The position numbers were made by a program, and so were the translations under genes. A stretch of 63,925 bases of DNA, the filler included, from Folioceros fuciformis (lineage: Eukaryota): the NCBI GenBank assembly GCA_049999805.1. It is 8 parts of 8 records of this genome, joined end to end, with 100 filler letters (N's around TTAATTAATTAA, not from the genome) between each part and the next. Parts side by side here need not be neighbours in the genome. Positions count along the whole stretch, not along the records: positions 5,990 to 17,596 come from JBNGIO010005421.1; positions 17,697 to 32,434 come from JBNGIO010005422.1; 6 more parts are not named here. One strand, given 5' to 3'. Shown here one piece after another: positions 11,582-23,281 of the stretch (its first letter is position 1; every line of letters starts with the position of its first letter). The notes under the pieces are model-generated. The model saw nothing but the letters and a program-made list of their open reading frames with translations. It was not told the DNA's origin and did not search any database.

Positions 11582-13141
11582 ATGGCGACCGCCGAGGAGG
11601 CCGAGGACGGTCTGCCAGAGAATTCTTGGGTGCTAGAGGAGCCAGAGCAAGGGGTGGATACGGATGTGGAGGGACTGGCGGAGGATCTTCTTATGGTGTT
11701 CAACAGCGCAGAGTTCAGTGATGTGGAATTTGTATGTACGGATGGAGTGCGAGTGCATGCTTGTCGCTTGATTTTGGTGGCCAGATCGAAGGTGCTGAGG
11801 AGCATGCTGATGAACGGAATGGCGGAGACAAAGCTGAGCGAAATCCCTCTCCCTGATATCAGCTCTTCTGCTCTGCTCCCGACTCTGGAGTTTCTGTACA
11901 CTGGAGGTGTGAAGCAGAATGCTCTGACTATGAGCTCGGCATTCGAGGTTCTACATGTCGGTGACTTCCTTTTGCTTCCTAAGTTGCAGAGGCATGTGCT
12001 CATGTTTCTGGAGCCGGCGTTGAAGAAAGTGAAGGACGCGGGGATGCTGGCCAGGTGCTTCTCGCTTCTCGTGGAGATCAGCGCGATGGCCATTGGTGTG
12101 CAGGATAAGGATCTCAAGGACAACGACTTGATTGTGAGGAGACTGGTTTCTCACATGGCTTGGACTCTACGGGCTATTTCGTGGAGGGCAGCTGATCTGA
12201 GTGCGCTTTCGTTGAAGGCTTTTAATGTTTTTCTCAACTGGACTGAGAGTACCAACAGGTGTACCATATCGTTTGAGGAGTATCTTAGGGCAAGGAACTT
12301 GTTGCTTTGGGCTTCATCCAAGGTGTCACTCAAGGCAGCGGAATCTCTTGAGCCGTACTTGCCGGATGAAGAAGTGCTTCGGGGCCAGCTGAAGGCTTTG
12401 AAGAAGGCTGTCAAGTTTTCTCCCATGGCCGATGTGGCACCTATGGAACAAGGGCTCGGTTGTCAAGTTGAGGATTGGGTGAAGCAGCTGGACAAATCCT
12501 GGTCGGTGGTCAATTTCCAACTTATTAATCCTCAAATTTTAGGTAAGGTGCTGGAGCCCCTGGACATCGTACCTTTCTCGGTGTTGGCCTCGGCCTTTAG
12601 GCATCAGGCCCTCCAAGCAGGGGATATGAATGTTATGAAATGGGATGAGCACTATAAGTGCCCGAGTTTGGATATCTCAGATGATGGCTTCGTGCTCGGG
12701 CGGGGAGATTATACAGATTCTCTGCTGTCAAGTCGCTCGGAGTTCACATTGTCGACAATGCCCATCAACAGAAGTAGTGGCACCTGTGAATGGGACATCC
12801 TGATCGAAGAGCCTTGTAAAGATCTGGTTATTGGATTTTATGCTTATGTTCCTGTGAAAAGATTGGACCCTTCGCAATGTTGGGGTTTCGACTGTGCTGC
12901 TGGCAAGCTTTGCAATGGGTCCGTCTTGTACGATGCTAGATACGGGAAGAAGTGTGGTGATCGAAAGGGCTCAAGAGTAAGGATCCATGTGGACATGACA
13001 GCTAAAACTTGTGCGTTCACCATTGACGGAGAGAAGTTTGGGGTTACATGGAGCAAACTTCCCCATGAGCTTTACCCTGCTGTTGCTATGTCGAGAGGCC
13101 GAGTACGCATCCAGTTAGTCAGTGATCCAGATTTCATGTAG
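11582..13141 (+). CDS. Intronless BTB/POZ-domain protein with C-terminal SPRY (B30.2)-like domain, ~519 aa
   Basis: BTB: FSDVEFVCTDGVRVHACRLILVARSKVLRSMLMNGMAETKLSEIPLPDISSSALLPTLEFLYTG. SPRY-like C-terminus: GTCEWDILIE...GSRVRIHVDMTAKTCAFTIDGEKFGVTWSKLPHELYPAVAM. First in-frame ATG at 11582. Confidence 0.9.
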   Translation: MATAEEAEDGLPENSWVLEEPEQGVDTDVEGLAEDLLMVFNSAEFSDVEFVCTDGVRVHACRLILVARSKVLRSMLMNGMAETKLSEIPLPDISSSALLPTLEFLYTGGVKQNALTMSSAFEVLHVGDFLLLPKLQRHVLMFLEPALKKVKDAGMLARCFSLLVEISAMAIGVQDKDLKDNDLIVRRLVSHMAWTLRAISWRAADLSALSLKAFNVFLNWTESTNRCTISFEEYLRARNLLLWASSKVSLKAAESLEPYLPDEEVLRGQLKALKKAVKFSPMADVAPMEQGLGCQVEDWVKQLDKSWSVVNFQLINPQILGKVLEPLDIVPFSVLASAFRHQALQAGDMNVMKWDEHYKCPSLDISDDGFVLGRGDYTDSLLSSRSEFTLSTMPINRSSGTCEWDILIEEPCKDLVIGFYAYVPVKRLDPSQCWGFDCAAGKLCNGSVLYDARYGKKCGDRKGSRVRIHVDMTAKTCAFTIDGEKFGVTWSKLPHELYPAVAMSRGRVRIQLVSDPDFM

Positions 13142-13845
13142 ATCCTCTGGTATGTTGGGAGCTGCATGTCATGGAGCACAGGCAAATTCTTCGCTTGGCC
13201 AGCGCTGTTCAGGTACATCGGAGTGGTGTTAACGCTCAAAATCTTTGCCAGGCTCTAGCCTAGAATAAATTACCTGAATCTTAATTTAAACTGGAGCTAG
13301 AGACAGTGACCCACTAAAATCCTCTCCAACTTGGTTGATTCGTTTTGGTGTGCATTGTTTGCCTGTGGAAGAAAGCAGCCGTTCAACGGTGGCATATTGA
13401 GAACTTACATCAGTAACCTCTTGTCGCTAGCTACAATGGGGATGCCAGTTCTCCGAAGTTCAATGAACAGCCCTAAGATACTATGGGGGCTGGTCGTTGG
13501 GCCTAACCTTGTTAGTGCGAGCTTTGGAATAGGATTCCTGTATGCACAAGTTCTTTGACGCCGGAGGTTGTCTCTCTTGGCTCCTTCCAAATCTCCACCT
13601 ACAAACAGAGGCACGGAGGGATGATTTGAGTAATGCTTGTTTCACGTGACTCACTGGCTACGGGTGTATCTGGACGGATATGGTGAGATTTCTCCTTACA
13701 GTAGGTGGACCTTCAGCAATGATTAAGATTTGCTTTAGCAAAAGGATGGGCAGGACACCTCTGGCGTTAGCTAAGGTTGCCCACCTGCTTAAAATGCTGC
13801 TTCAAGAACGGGCCTGTATCCTGCGGCTTCCAGATTCTCATCTCA

Positions 13846-14271
13846 ATGGTGTCCCCTCTCTTGAGACTCATACTGGTGACTGTGGTCTTCTGGCATCTGG
13901 TGGCTTGGCAGCAAGGGGAAGCTGGGTATGTCCTGCTCGAAGGCAACAAGCTTTCGGATGGGGCATCATTAATCCGTGAGCCTTATTTTCTTTTGATGCA
14001 GTCCGATTGCAACCTGGTGCTTTACCATGCCGGGGTGGGAGCTCTGTGGGCTTCCAACAGTCGGTTCAAAGGCACCAACTGCTCTTTCCGCCTACTCACT
14101 GACGGCAACGCTGTTGTCTACACTGAAGGCGGTAAGGTGGTTTTCAGCACCAACACATGCTGCCGCAACGACGGCAGCCACAACATCACACTTGAAGGCG
14201 ACGGCAATGTGGTGATATACAATGGCGTGGGTACTTCCATCTGGGACACCCTTACCAATGGCCGCACTTAG
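13846..14271 (+). CDS. Secreted bulb-type (GNA-related, mannose-binding-like) lectin, 141 aa
   Basis: Hydrophobic signal peptide MVSPLLRLILVTVVFWHLVAW, then three beta-prism II repeats with QSDCNLVLY, LTDGNAVVY, EGDGNVVIY and LWASNS/VFSTNT/IWDT motifs. Confidence 0.9.
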   Translation: MVSPLLRLILVTVVFWHLVAWQQGEAGYVLLEGNKLSDGASLIREPYFLLMQSDCNLVLYHAGVGALWASNSRFKGTNCSFRLLTDGNAVVYTEGGKVVFSTNTCCRNDGSHNITLEGDGNVVIYNGVGTSIWDTLTNGRT

Positions 14272-15686
14272 CCTTTTCAGGACTTTGAGATGCATGCACG
14301 CTTTCGATGTGGAACTAAGACTTCGATCCACGCTTTCTGTTTGACAGCAGCTGTTTGGTCAGGTAGTGGGGCAGATGCCTTTGTCAGTAGTAGCCAAGGT
14401 TAGCCTCTATTCGATTTCCGGATCCCTGGAGATGTTGCCTTGTTCCCTCAAACTGGTCCCGGAGCCTTGTTGTTGCAAATACGCTGGATCCTCGTGTTGA
14501 GAGGCAACGACTAAAACGATTCTGGAGTCGAAGTTTTCAGGAAAAGGTCCATGTTCTGGCCACCTTGAAGGGGGCTACGTGTCAGCAGTACATAGTGCCA
14601 TTTCTCCTACCTTCTCATGGTACTGCAATTACGAGCCCAGCACACGGCTCCAGCACAGTGATAGGGCCCTATCTTCCTGTTCGTTTCTTTAATTAGTTGT
14701 TTATTATCCTTAGGGAATGTAATAAAAAACATTAGAGTGGACTCGTCTGTAAATAATGTGGGTACACAACTTAAGTTTCTGAATTCCAAAATATGTCATG
14801 AGCAAAACTAAGCGATATATTATAGAGAGTTCACTTATAAGATATATCTCTGATTTTCAAATACTTTATATTAAATTACGCTTAGTTTACTATAATGTAA
14901 GTTTTTTTATGCTAGAGTTTGATTCTTCTCTTCTTAGTTCTTTATATCGCTAACACTAAGAAGGGAACCCTTCAAAGCACTACAATTGTCAAAATTAAAA
15001 TAATACACATTTACATATCTAGTAAACTGTATATATTTATCATACATAATTATGCTATAGAACATGTTCTATAGTCTACTTATATAAAATAAAATAAAAT
15101 CAAGTAAAGGGGATGGTGGTGGTAATGATTTTACTTAATGAAGTTGCTTCAAAGAACTAGGACATGTGTTGTATAAGAGACCATACAAACAAAATAAAGT
15201 ATAGTTTTTTATATAGTTCTAAAAAGGGTTTAACTAAAAGAAACTCGATACTCCATGAACCCAAGTCTATATATGTGTAACTCATGTGCCTTACTTGTCC
15301 TTCTAGGTTTCTTTCCAAGGGTCAAGGTGCTAGGCTTCTCAACTTGCCAAGGAGTAGCTTAGGACCTAAACCATGGCCCGTCTTTGTTATGGGCTTGCTA
15401 TTCCAGCTATACTAAATTTACTTATGCTAGTGTCTAGCAAGTTGGCAGGACCAGAGGATGATGATAGTGGTGACCAAGCTTATCGCATTATGCTAGTGGG
15501 GATTTTGATCATGGCCTGCAAACTTATGTTCAAGTCGATCCAAGACATGCTTATGTCAATTTATGCGTATGGAGTAAGGGAACGTGAGGATGAAGCTAGA
15601 GCTCATGTCTTTGAGGCCAACCTCGACTATGGTAGTAGGAACTTCATCAATTTAAGTGTGTTGGGTACGTGATTGGCTTTACTAGT

Positions 15687-15837
15687 GAGCCTTTATGAAT
15701 GTAGGTTCATGTACGTATATGAATGCATTGTTTTGGAGCCATTGTGAATGCAGGTTCCTTGCACGTATATGAATGCATTCTTTTGTAGCCTTTGTGAATG
15801 TAGGTTTCTTGCACATATATGAATGCATTGTTTTGGA
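15687..15837 (+). repeat. 50-bp tandem repeat x3
   Basis: TATATGAATGCATT at 15716, 15766 and 15816. Confidence 0.8.
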
Positions 15838-17696
15838 TGTATGTAATTCTATGAGACTTGACTTATGATATTTTGTTGGGTCACTGGTGAATTGTGAGTA
15901 GGAACGTGGATGACATTTTGGGCTTTGTGGGTTCTAGCACTATGGCAAGGTTACTGGCAATGCAACCTGGCTGCAATTCTTCTAACTCTCATAGTGTGTT
16001 CCTTATGGAGTTCGTTATTTCAAAGCCAGGCAACATTCAACTTGCTATGTTTGCCCATGAATAAATTCTCCACCATCCACATCAACAACATGGACAATCA
16101 AAGTGTGTGCATAGCTTCATTTTAGCAATTTTGTGGGATTGTTCAAAGGATATAAACCCACTTACAACGAAGCTTGATAGATGGAGTTCTAGAAGTTAGC
16201 CATCTTGTACTTTCCTCATCTTCAATTAAATTGATATGGGTCTAAATTAATGGGCAAAATTGATGGTGTGGCTATGGAATTGATTGAGCAGGAGTATGTC
16301 GGTGTGCCAACACCCCAGGTAATCAGCCGAGGAGGGCATATGGAATTGATTGGGTGGGAGTTTGCCAACGTGCCAACATCTCCTTGAGATTAAATGAGGA
16401 GGGCAACGACATACTAGTATTATGGCAAATCCATATAATCTAACTCATTGCATTGCTAAGTAACAATTAGATGTCAACTTGTTCTCTGTTAAGTTCTCAT
16501 TTGACTCACTTTCCTTTAGGCATGTTATGGTCACCCTTGAGTTCTCATCTAACTTAATTTCCTACACACACGTTAGGAATGTATTATGAGTTAGCTTGTG
16601 AAAACAGGCTTGAACAACTCAATGAAGTTCACTAAGTTGACCAACACATTCTTTCTTGAGGCCAACTTGATGGAGCTTCATGAGCTAAAAGAAACAGTTG
16701 CTTAATGTCACCTTCTTGATACCCAATTTACTCAAGCAACCCATCTTCCAAATTCTCCACTTGTTAAAGCTTTGTGTCAAACTTCCATAATCCCTCTTGT
16801 GAACATTCACTTCCTGTAGAAAAGAACTCATACTTTGTTAGGGCACAACACAAACTACCAACATAAGACAAAACAAAAAGGAAATAGCCATTAGGAAGCT
16901 ATGTGTTTAGTTGAAGTCCGAGCTAAGCTCCATCTCTTAGGCCTGGCTTTGAGTGGTGATGGTGGACTTGAGAAGGTTTCTAATGAGATCCTCTGGTCTT
17001 TTTTTCACACATCTATTTCTGAATTTTAACAAAAATAAATATGTAATATTTTTTTAAAAATATTCATTTTTTTATTAACTATATTTATATAATTGTAAGA
17101 ACAATCTTGCAAAATGTACAAGATAAGACATGTTCATAAGGATCATCTTATGATATTTTAGTTCACCAAAAACATAGCATTGTAAAGAATGAAAGAACAA
17201 AGGCCCGTTGGAGACGTTTAAAGAGATATGAAGAGAGAACATTAAGACAGCAATCATGTCTTTGTACCCTGCACCATAAAGATAAAAAAATCTTTGCTTG
17301 GATACTATAATAAAAAAAAAAGTTGATTATGCTCACACAAAATATAACAATAGAATTTTATTATTATACAGAGTAACAATATAATAAGATACGTAAGACG
17401 GTTTCAAACCCTAAATCCTTTATAAGGGGTCACACCTTGTGAGCCCTTATCAAAGGACATGACCCTAACTATTAAATATGTAGTGAATCTACTCAACTGA
17501 TATTCTTAACAGAAAATGTAAAATCGCAGGCTCGAGCACATGGTGACAACCGTTTTTTTGCGTTCATGGTGGTGCTGTGGTCGTCTCGTATCTTTTNNNN
17601 NNNNNNNNNNNNNNNNNNNNNNNNNNNNNNNNNNNNNNNNTTAATTAATTAANNNNNNNNNNNNNNNNNNNNNNNNNNNNNNNNNNNNNNNNNNNN

Positions 17697-18491
17697 GCCT
17701 ATGCACTAAGCCGGGGTACAGCGCCTCCGGCCGCACTCTATATGGGCCGCTGGGGTGCTCCGTTCACGCTGAGGTGAGAGCACTGCCTCTCTTGGCTCGC
17801 GGCTGAGGGTGAGGGAGGCGAGAATTGCCGCTCCTCCCGCCCGGAATTGCAGGCCAAATCTCGATTTTCCTGTGCCTGCAACAGGCACACACGCATCAAG
17901 ATGGCTTCAATGCGGCAGAGGGAGGCCTTCAATTCTCGTGTAATTTTGTTGAGTTTGAATTCCAGCCTATTGATGGAATTCACAGCATCATGTTGTCTCG
18001 CAGGTGTAATTGGTGGGGGCCGTAGGTCCAAGCTTGCTTGCAGGTCCAGATCAGGGTGCCGGCGGTGGTAGAAATTGTGAAGAAATCTGTCGCCGCGCGC
18101 CTGAGGTGGTGGGCCTGGGCGCAACGATGGAGCCTCACGGCAGCGGGTGCACAAGGCTATTGTAGGCTCGTGGGTCATTCTCCGTCGGGGCAGCCATGTG
18201 CCTTGGTTCACATGCCACGGCAGCTTTCCATGTGGAGAACTTCTACGATGGGGCTGCCGCCGCGGCATCTCCCTTGGACTCCCGGAGGATCATAAGCATG
18301 GTGTAGGCTCTGATACCATGTTAGAAAGTGTAGCGAGAGCGGAAGCTTGTAATTAAGAACAAAAGAATTAGGTTAACAAGGCCATAAGGCATGGGTGTTT
18401 AAATACTAGGAAAAGTGACTCTTCGCTAAACCCTATGGCCTAGATAATTAGGACACTAAATAATATTAACGTTTACTTATTATCTCTAACA
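17697..18491 (-). mobile_element. 5' part of an LTR retroelement with a short (173-bp) LTR and tRNA-iMet PBS, truncated by the spacer
   Basis: LTR 18319-18491 has TGTTAGA...TCTAACA inverted termini. PBS TGGTATCAGAGCC (minus) abuts it at 18306-18318. Internal ORF 17738-18268 has a coiled-coil-like segment. Confidence 0.8.
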
Positions 18492-21400
18492 CCGACCACC
18501 TGTATCCTGCCTGCCCGTCTCCTCGAAACCCCCCATTATTAAATCTGTCGGGATTACCATTTGACAGTCCACAGCCGCCTCCCTAGAGACTACCCCCATA
18601 GGGACCTTCTGGCAAGAAGCGAGTCCCCGAGTAGCCGAACTCCCTTAGCTTTCTTGGACATATTCAGCCTGGGGACTGCCAACACCGAGAGCCGACAACT
18701 CACTCACCTCACCCCGGCCTGGTTGTTGATGATCAGTCACAACACTCGGACACCTCACTAAAGCAGCTCTGTCTTCACTAGCAACCCCTGAGTGTTCCCG
18801 ATCACCCGACTTAAAGTTGCTACCAGCCCTCAGGACGTCCTCCACCAATTTCCATCCTGCACCCGTGGCCAAGTCAGCACTGTTCTTCTGAGCCATGATG
18901 GAAAGCATAGACGAGTATGCTTGCGTCGGCACTAGGCTCCCCCCGATAGCCAGGATTTGGTATGGGGAATTTTCCTGAGACAAACGTCCCAACCTGTTCC
19001 CCAATCCCGATGACACCCTACTGCCTCGTGTTTGCACCTCCCATCCCTTTGCAGCTGGATCAACCCGAACACCATCTTCTTCTTGCCTGACCGTCTTCTT
19101 AGAACCCACCTTTAACAAGGCTATTAGTTGCTCCGCTTCACTAGCATGATCCATACTCGCCTCCCCAAGGGCTAACCCGGGGGATTTCTTTTGGCAGGCA
19201 GCAAGCACCCAAGAAACCGATCCCTCTTCTCCATCTTGCACAAGTTCTGCCTAAAACTACCATCACCAAGAGCCGACAGCACTCTCGCCTCACTCCAAAC
19301 TAGCTGACAACCTTCAATCGCCTCACTCAGGTGTCTCACCACAGCAGCTCATTCTTCGACACCAACCCCAAAGTTCTCGTGATCACCGATCATACAACTG
19401 CTGCCAGCCCTCGGGGCGTCCTCCACCCAATCCCATCCTGCACCAGAGGCTACGTCGACGCAAAGCCTCTACGCCTTGAAGGAAAACAACGATGGTTCAG
19501 CTTGCACTGACACCAAGGCCTCCCCGACAGGCTGGGCCACCGCCTTGGTAACATTCCTCGCAGCCAGGACCTGAATCTCCCACTCCATCTCGGTGGGAGA
19601 TTCTTGCGCCACCTTCCCAACTACCCCAATCTCCGGTTCTGGAGAACTCTCGCTGGCTTGTTGAAGTCGCCTGCTAGGATGGTTTTCCATACCGTCCACA
19701 CTTGCCTTGCGGCTGAATCCACCTCCGTCTGCTCCTTAAGTACGCTCCCCTCACCTCCCCTTGCCGACTTGGGGAGGAGCCCAACGCCCACCACCGAAAA
19801 GCCAGAGGGACGATCAGCCGGATCCAGTGCCAGGGATCCTTCCAGGGCCCGATGGCCCACACAGCTCTCTGCTTCCATTGACCCCCAGGAATCGCTGACC
19901 TGCCCCGCCCTTATCTTTGCGAGCTTTCAACCATCACCAGCGCCTCCTCACCTGGCACGGTCGGAGAGGCACCGTCAAACTCCAGTCCTTGATAGGGAAC
20001 CGAATCTCTACCTAGCCCTATGTCCTACTGCCGACTTGGGTTGTTTTGACGATCCTAACGCTCACCCTATTGTGCCACCAACTCCCTTGGGGGGTCTCCC
20101 TCCTACTCTCGTGCCCGGCGAGCGCACCTACCTCCAAGTCCTGATCCTCCCGTGCATTAAACACATGGGGGCCTGACCCAGCAGTTCTCGTCCAGCTTGA
20201 ACCTTCTAGTTTGCATACCTGTCTCCAGACCTGTTGCCCTACACCCTGGCATGCAGCCAGGACACTCCCACCAACCAAAGGCTTACCAGAGAGCACCAAC
20301 CCTACCTCCACCCCCTCAGGTTCAGTGTCTAGAGCAGCTCTAGCGGAGCTCCCCGCAGTGGGAAGCTTACTGCAAGCGGTCAGCACTACCTCTGAGGCAC
20401 TGAGTGGCTTGGTGGCATCAAACATTGTCTTCAAAGCTCTCCTTGCTGATGCACTCTCAGGGCATGCAGGTTGAAACCCGTGCAGCGACTTGTCTGGACT
20501 CTTGGTTGCAACTTGGCTCTCTGGACTCCCAGTTGCCACTTGTTCCTCTTAAGGAGGGTCGGATAGGATATTTGCTGGCGCCATCCCTGCTTTCCGGGTG
20601 TGCTCGCCATTGTCAAGATCCACCTCCATAAGCATAGAGTCCTCTGCGAACATGTCTTTTGTCCATCTGAGCTTCCAGGTGCCCGGTAATTTAATCGAGA
20701 TCAGGGCTGTGAGTAAGCCCAAGAACCCCAAATGAGCCTTGAAGACCACCCTAGATGCCAGTGTGACTCTTCCTTTGCCAAACTTTGCATCTCTAATGTA
20801 GGCCAGCACATGTGGCTCCCCCATCCACTGTGGCACACTATTGTCCTGAATTGTATACTCATCACCCAACTCAATCAGTGTGACCGCAAACAAGATGGAA
20901 GAGGAGTCTTCCAGACGGTGACACACCAGATTGTGCCTAGCTCCTTGCAGGACCTTGCTCACGGCTAGTTCACTATACCCCAGCAGGGGCATGCAGCATA
21001 ACCTGAGACCTCATCTTAACAGTATCCCAAAAAACGGAAACCTGGTGCCCCGTCACGGCCCCAATATGGAAGGAATGCGTAGGTAAGGCTCTGAATTCTC
21101 CCACCTTCAGCATCCAATAGTAGAAAACCTTACCCACCTTCTTCCTCATAAGGACACACACTTTGATGTGCGTGTTGGCTACGTCCACACTACTTGAGAA
21201 GAAACATTTCTGGATTCTACCTGCCCACTACTGCGTTTCGGGGTTGGACCTCCAAGGTTTCTTGAACACACCTTGAAAGCCTGGCAGTGGACTGGGAAGG
21301 GCCTTCTCCGATTTGTCCCCTCCATTGCCAAACCTAGCACGGAGAGGGCAAGTCTGCTTAAGGTGGCTCTTCAAGCCACAAACACTACACCTGACAGGCA

Positions 21401-22350
21401 GATCCGGGTAGTCGAAAAGTTGCGTAAAACACCTAGCTGGGTCCTCCGGATCTCGAACGATGACACCTTTAGGTAGATCCAGGAGGCTGTCCACCCTCAC
21501 TCCAAAACGCGGGGGCTTGTTGCTATCAAAAAAGTGTGAATCCGCCTTGGGAACCTCCACCACTCGGCCTATAGTCCCCAAGATCTTGCGTAACATTGGA
21601 ATGAGCTGCACAGGAAGAGCAGGAAGCCCCACCCAGAGGAATTGCCTCTTGATTGTCGACTGCATAATGGTGTTCCCTGGGGACTAGGCTTCCACCAGCA
21701 ACGAAATGGAATCTCAAAGAGGCAGCATTGTGTTTAAGATTGCTTGTGCTCTCGCTACCTCATCACACTTGATTTGAAAGGAACCATCTACTTTCAGGAA
21801 CACATATGCTGGTGGGCATCGCGAGACTTGAGTCACCCAACTTTCTAGCTCCTCCACGGAAGGAGGGCCGCCGGACAACAACTGCCCCACAACAGATTTG
21901 GCGGCGAGATTGTCTTCTTCCTATTGAAAATACCTCGCTTCAGTGATAAACTCCGCAAGGGGGCCCAGTTGAAGGCCTGGCCCCTCTTTTGCCGAAACCA
22001 AGGCAGATGCTTGAGATGTGTTTGCCTATGCCTGTACATGAACATGGTCCTCCACTATTGTCCGTACCTAAGCGTTTGTTTCAGCTTCAGCTTTTGTCCG
22101 GCTAGTGTCAGATGGATTAGGGTCCCTTCCCCCTACGTTTAGCCTCCTCGCACTCTGTTTACTAGGACACATACCGACCACGGCCGCCCATGTGCCACCT
22201 GATGAGCCCCCCCTCGTGGGGGGCTCATCGCTGCCATTGAGACCCCAAGCTAGGCCATTGCCAGCATCGCCTTGAGACCCCAAGCTCGTGCCTCCACCAT
22301 CCTTGAGAATCTAAGCCAATGCACTTGCCTCTATTGCCTGGCTACCCAAC
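18492..22350 (-). mobile_element. Decayed LINE (L1-like) ORF1 region
   Basis: TWAAVV near the N-terminus; RRM/DUF4283-like WVGLPALPVQLIPMLRKILGTIGRVV; zinc knuckle CSVCGLKSHLKQTC (21228-21665); then long broken low-complexity frames. No ORF2 seen. Confidence 0.65.
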
Positions 22351-22368
22351 GTAGGGAGTTACAGACAA

Positions 22369-22878
22369 CATGGATGATCAAGATCAAGCACAACGCTGAT
22401 GGGAGCATAGAGCATTACAAGGCAAGGATGGTTGAGAAGGGATATACACAAGTGCTAGGTATTGATTACATTGACACTTTCTCCCATGTTGCTAAGATAA
22501 CATCCATTCGTGTACTCTTAGCGATAGCGGCTACCATGGATCTGGAGATACATCACATGGATGTCCAAACAGCATTTCTCAATGGAGATTTGGAAGAAGA
22601 AATGTACATGAATCAGCCAGAAGGGTATGAAGTACTAGGTCGAGAAGATGAGGTATGTAAATTGCGAAAGACAATCTATGGCCTTAAGCAATCTGCAGTT
22701 ACGTGGTATGTGAAGATTGATAAGTTCTTCTTAGCTGGAGGTTTCAAGAAAACCAATGGAGATTGGAACATTTATGTGAAGAGAGTAGGAGACTCCATAA
22801 TGATCATTGTCATCTATGTTAATGATCTCATTTTAGTTGGCAATGATTTGGATCTCTTGAAGAGTACAAAGAAGAGTC
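22369..22878 (+). mobile_element. Isolated Ty1/Copia reverse transcriptase fragment
   Basis: WMIKIKHNADGSIEHYKARMVEKGYTQVLGIDY...MDVQTAFLNGDLEEEMYMNQPEGY...YGLKQS...IYVNDLIL (YVDD decayed to YVND). Confidence 0.9.
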
Positions 22879-23281
22879 TGCACTTCTCTGTCTATGTTTC
22901 CCCTACACTTCTCCTTCCTGGGTTTCCCTACTCTAGGGTTGCGATCCCTCCTAGTTTCCCTACTCCAGGGCTTGCGACATCGTCCTAACTGCTTTCAATC
23001 ACCGGGAAAAGATCCGGGAGTACTTGCCTGCTGGCACGGAGGCCTGGAAGGGGATCCGGGAGTACCCACCGGAGGCCAGGAAGGGGATCACGGTAACCTA
23101 TGAAAGGCCGCCATGGCGACCATTGTAGGGATGTCTTCCGCAGTCAGTCGCCGTCAGGCATAGTAGAGTCGACTTCAGGCCATGTACATTAACCTTTGCC
23201 GGGCTGTGTCTACCACTCTGCTGCTGCAGTTGAAGGCTAGGATTCCCCGCCTACGAGACCTACTTAGAACATGCTACTCCA

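Noticed and set aside
15373-15672. 99-aa ORF with two hydrophobic segments
   Set aside because: No recognisable family, and it sits among decayed repeats; cannot be supported as a gene without expression or homology data.
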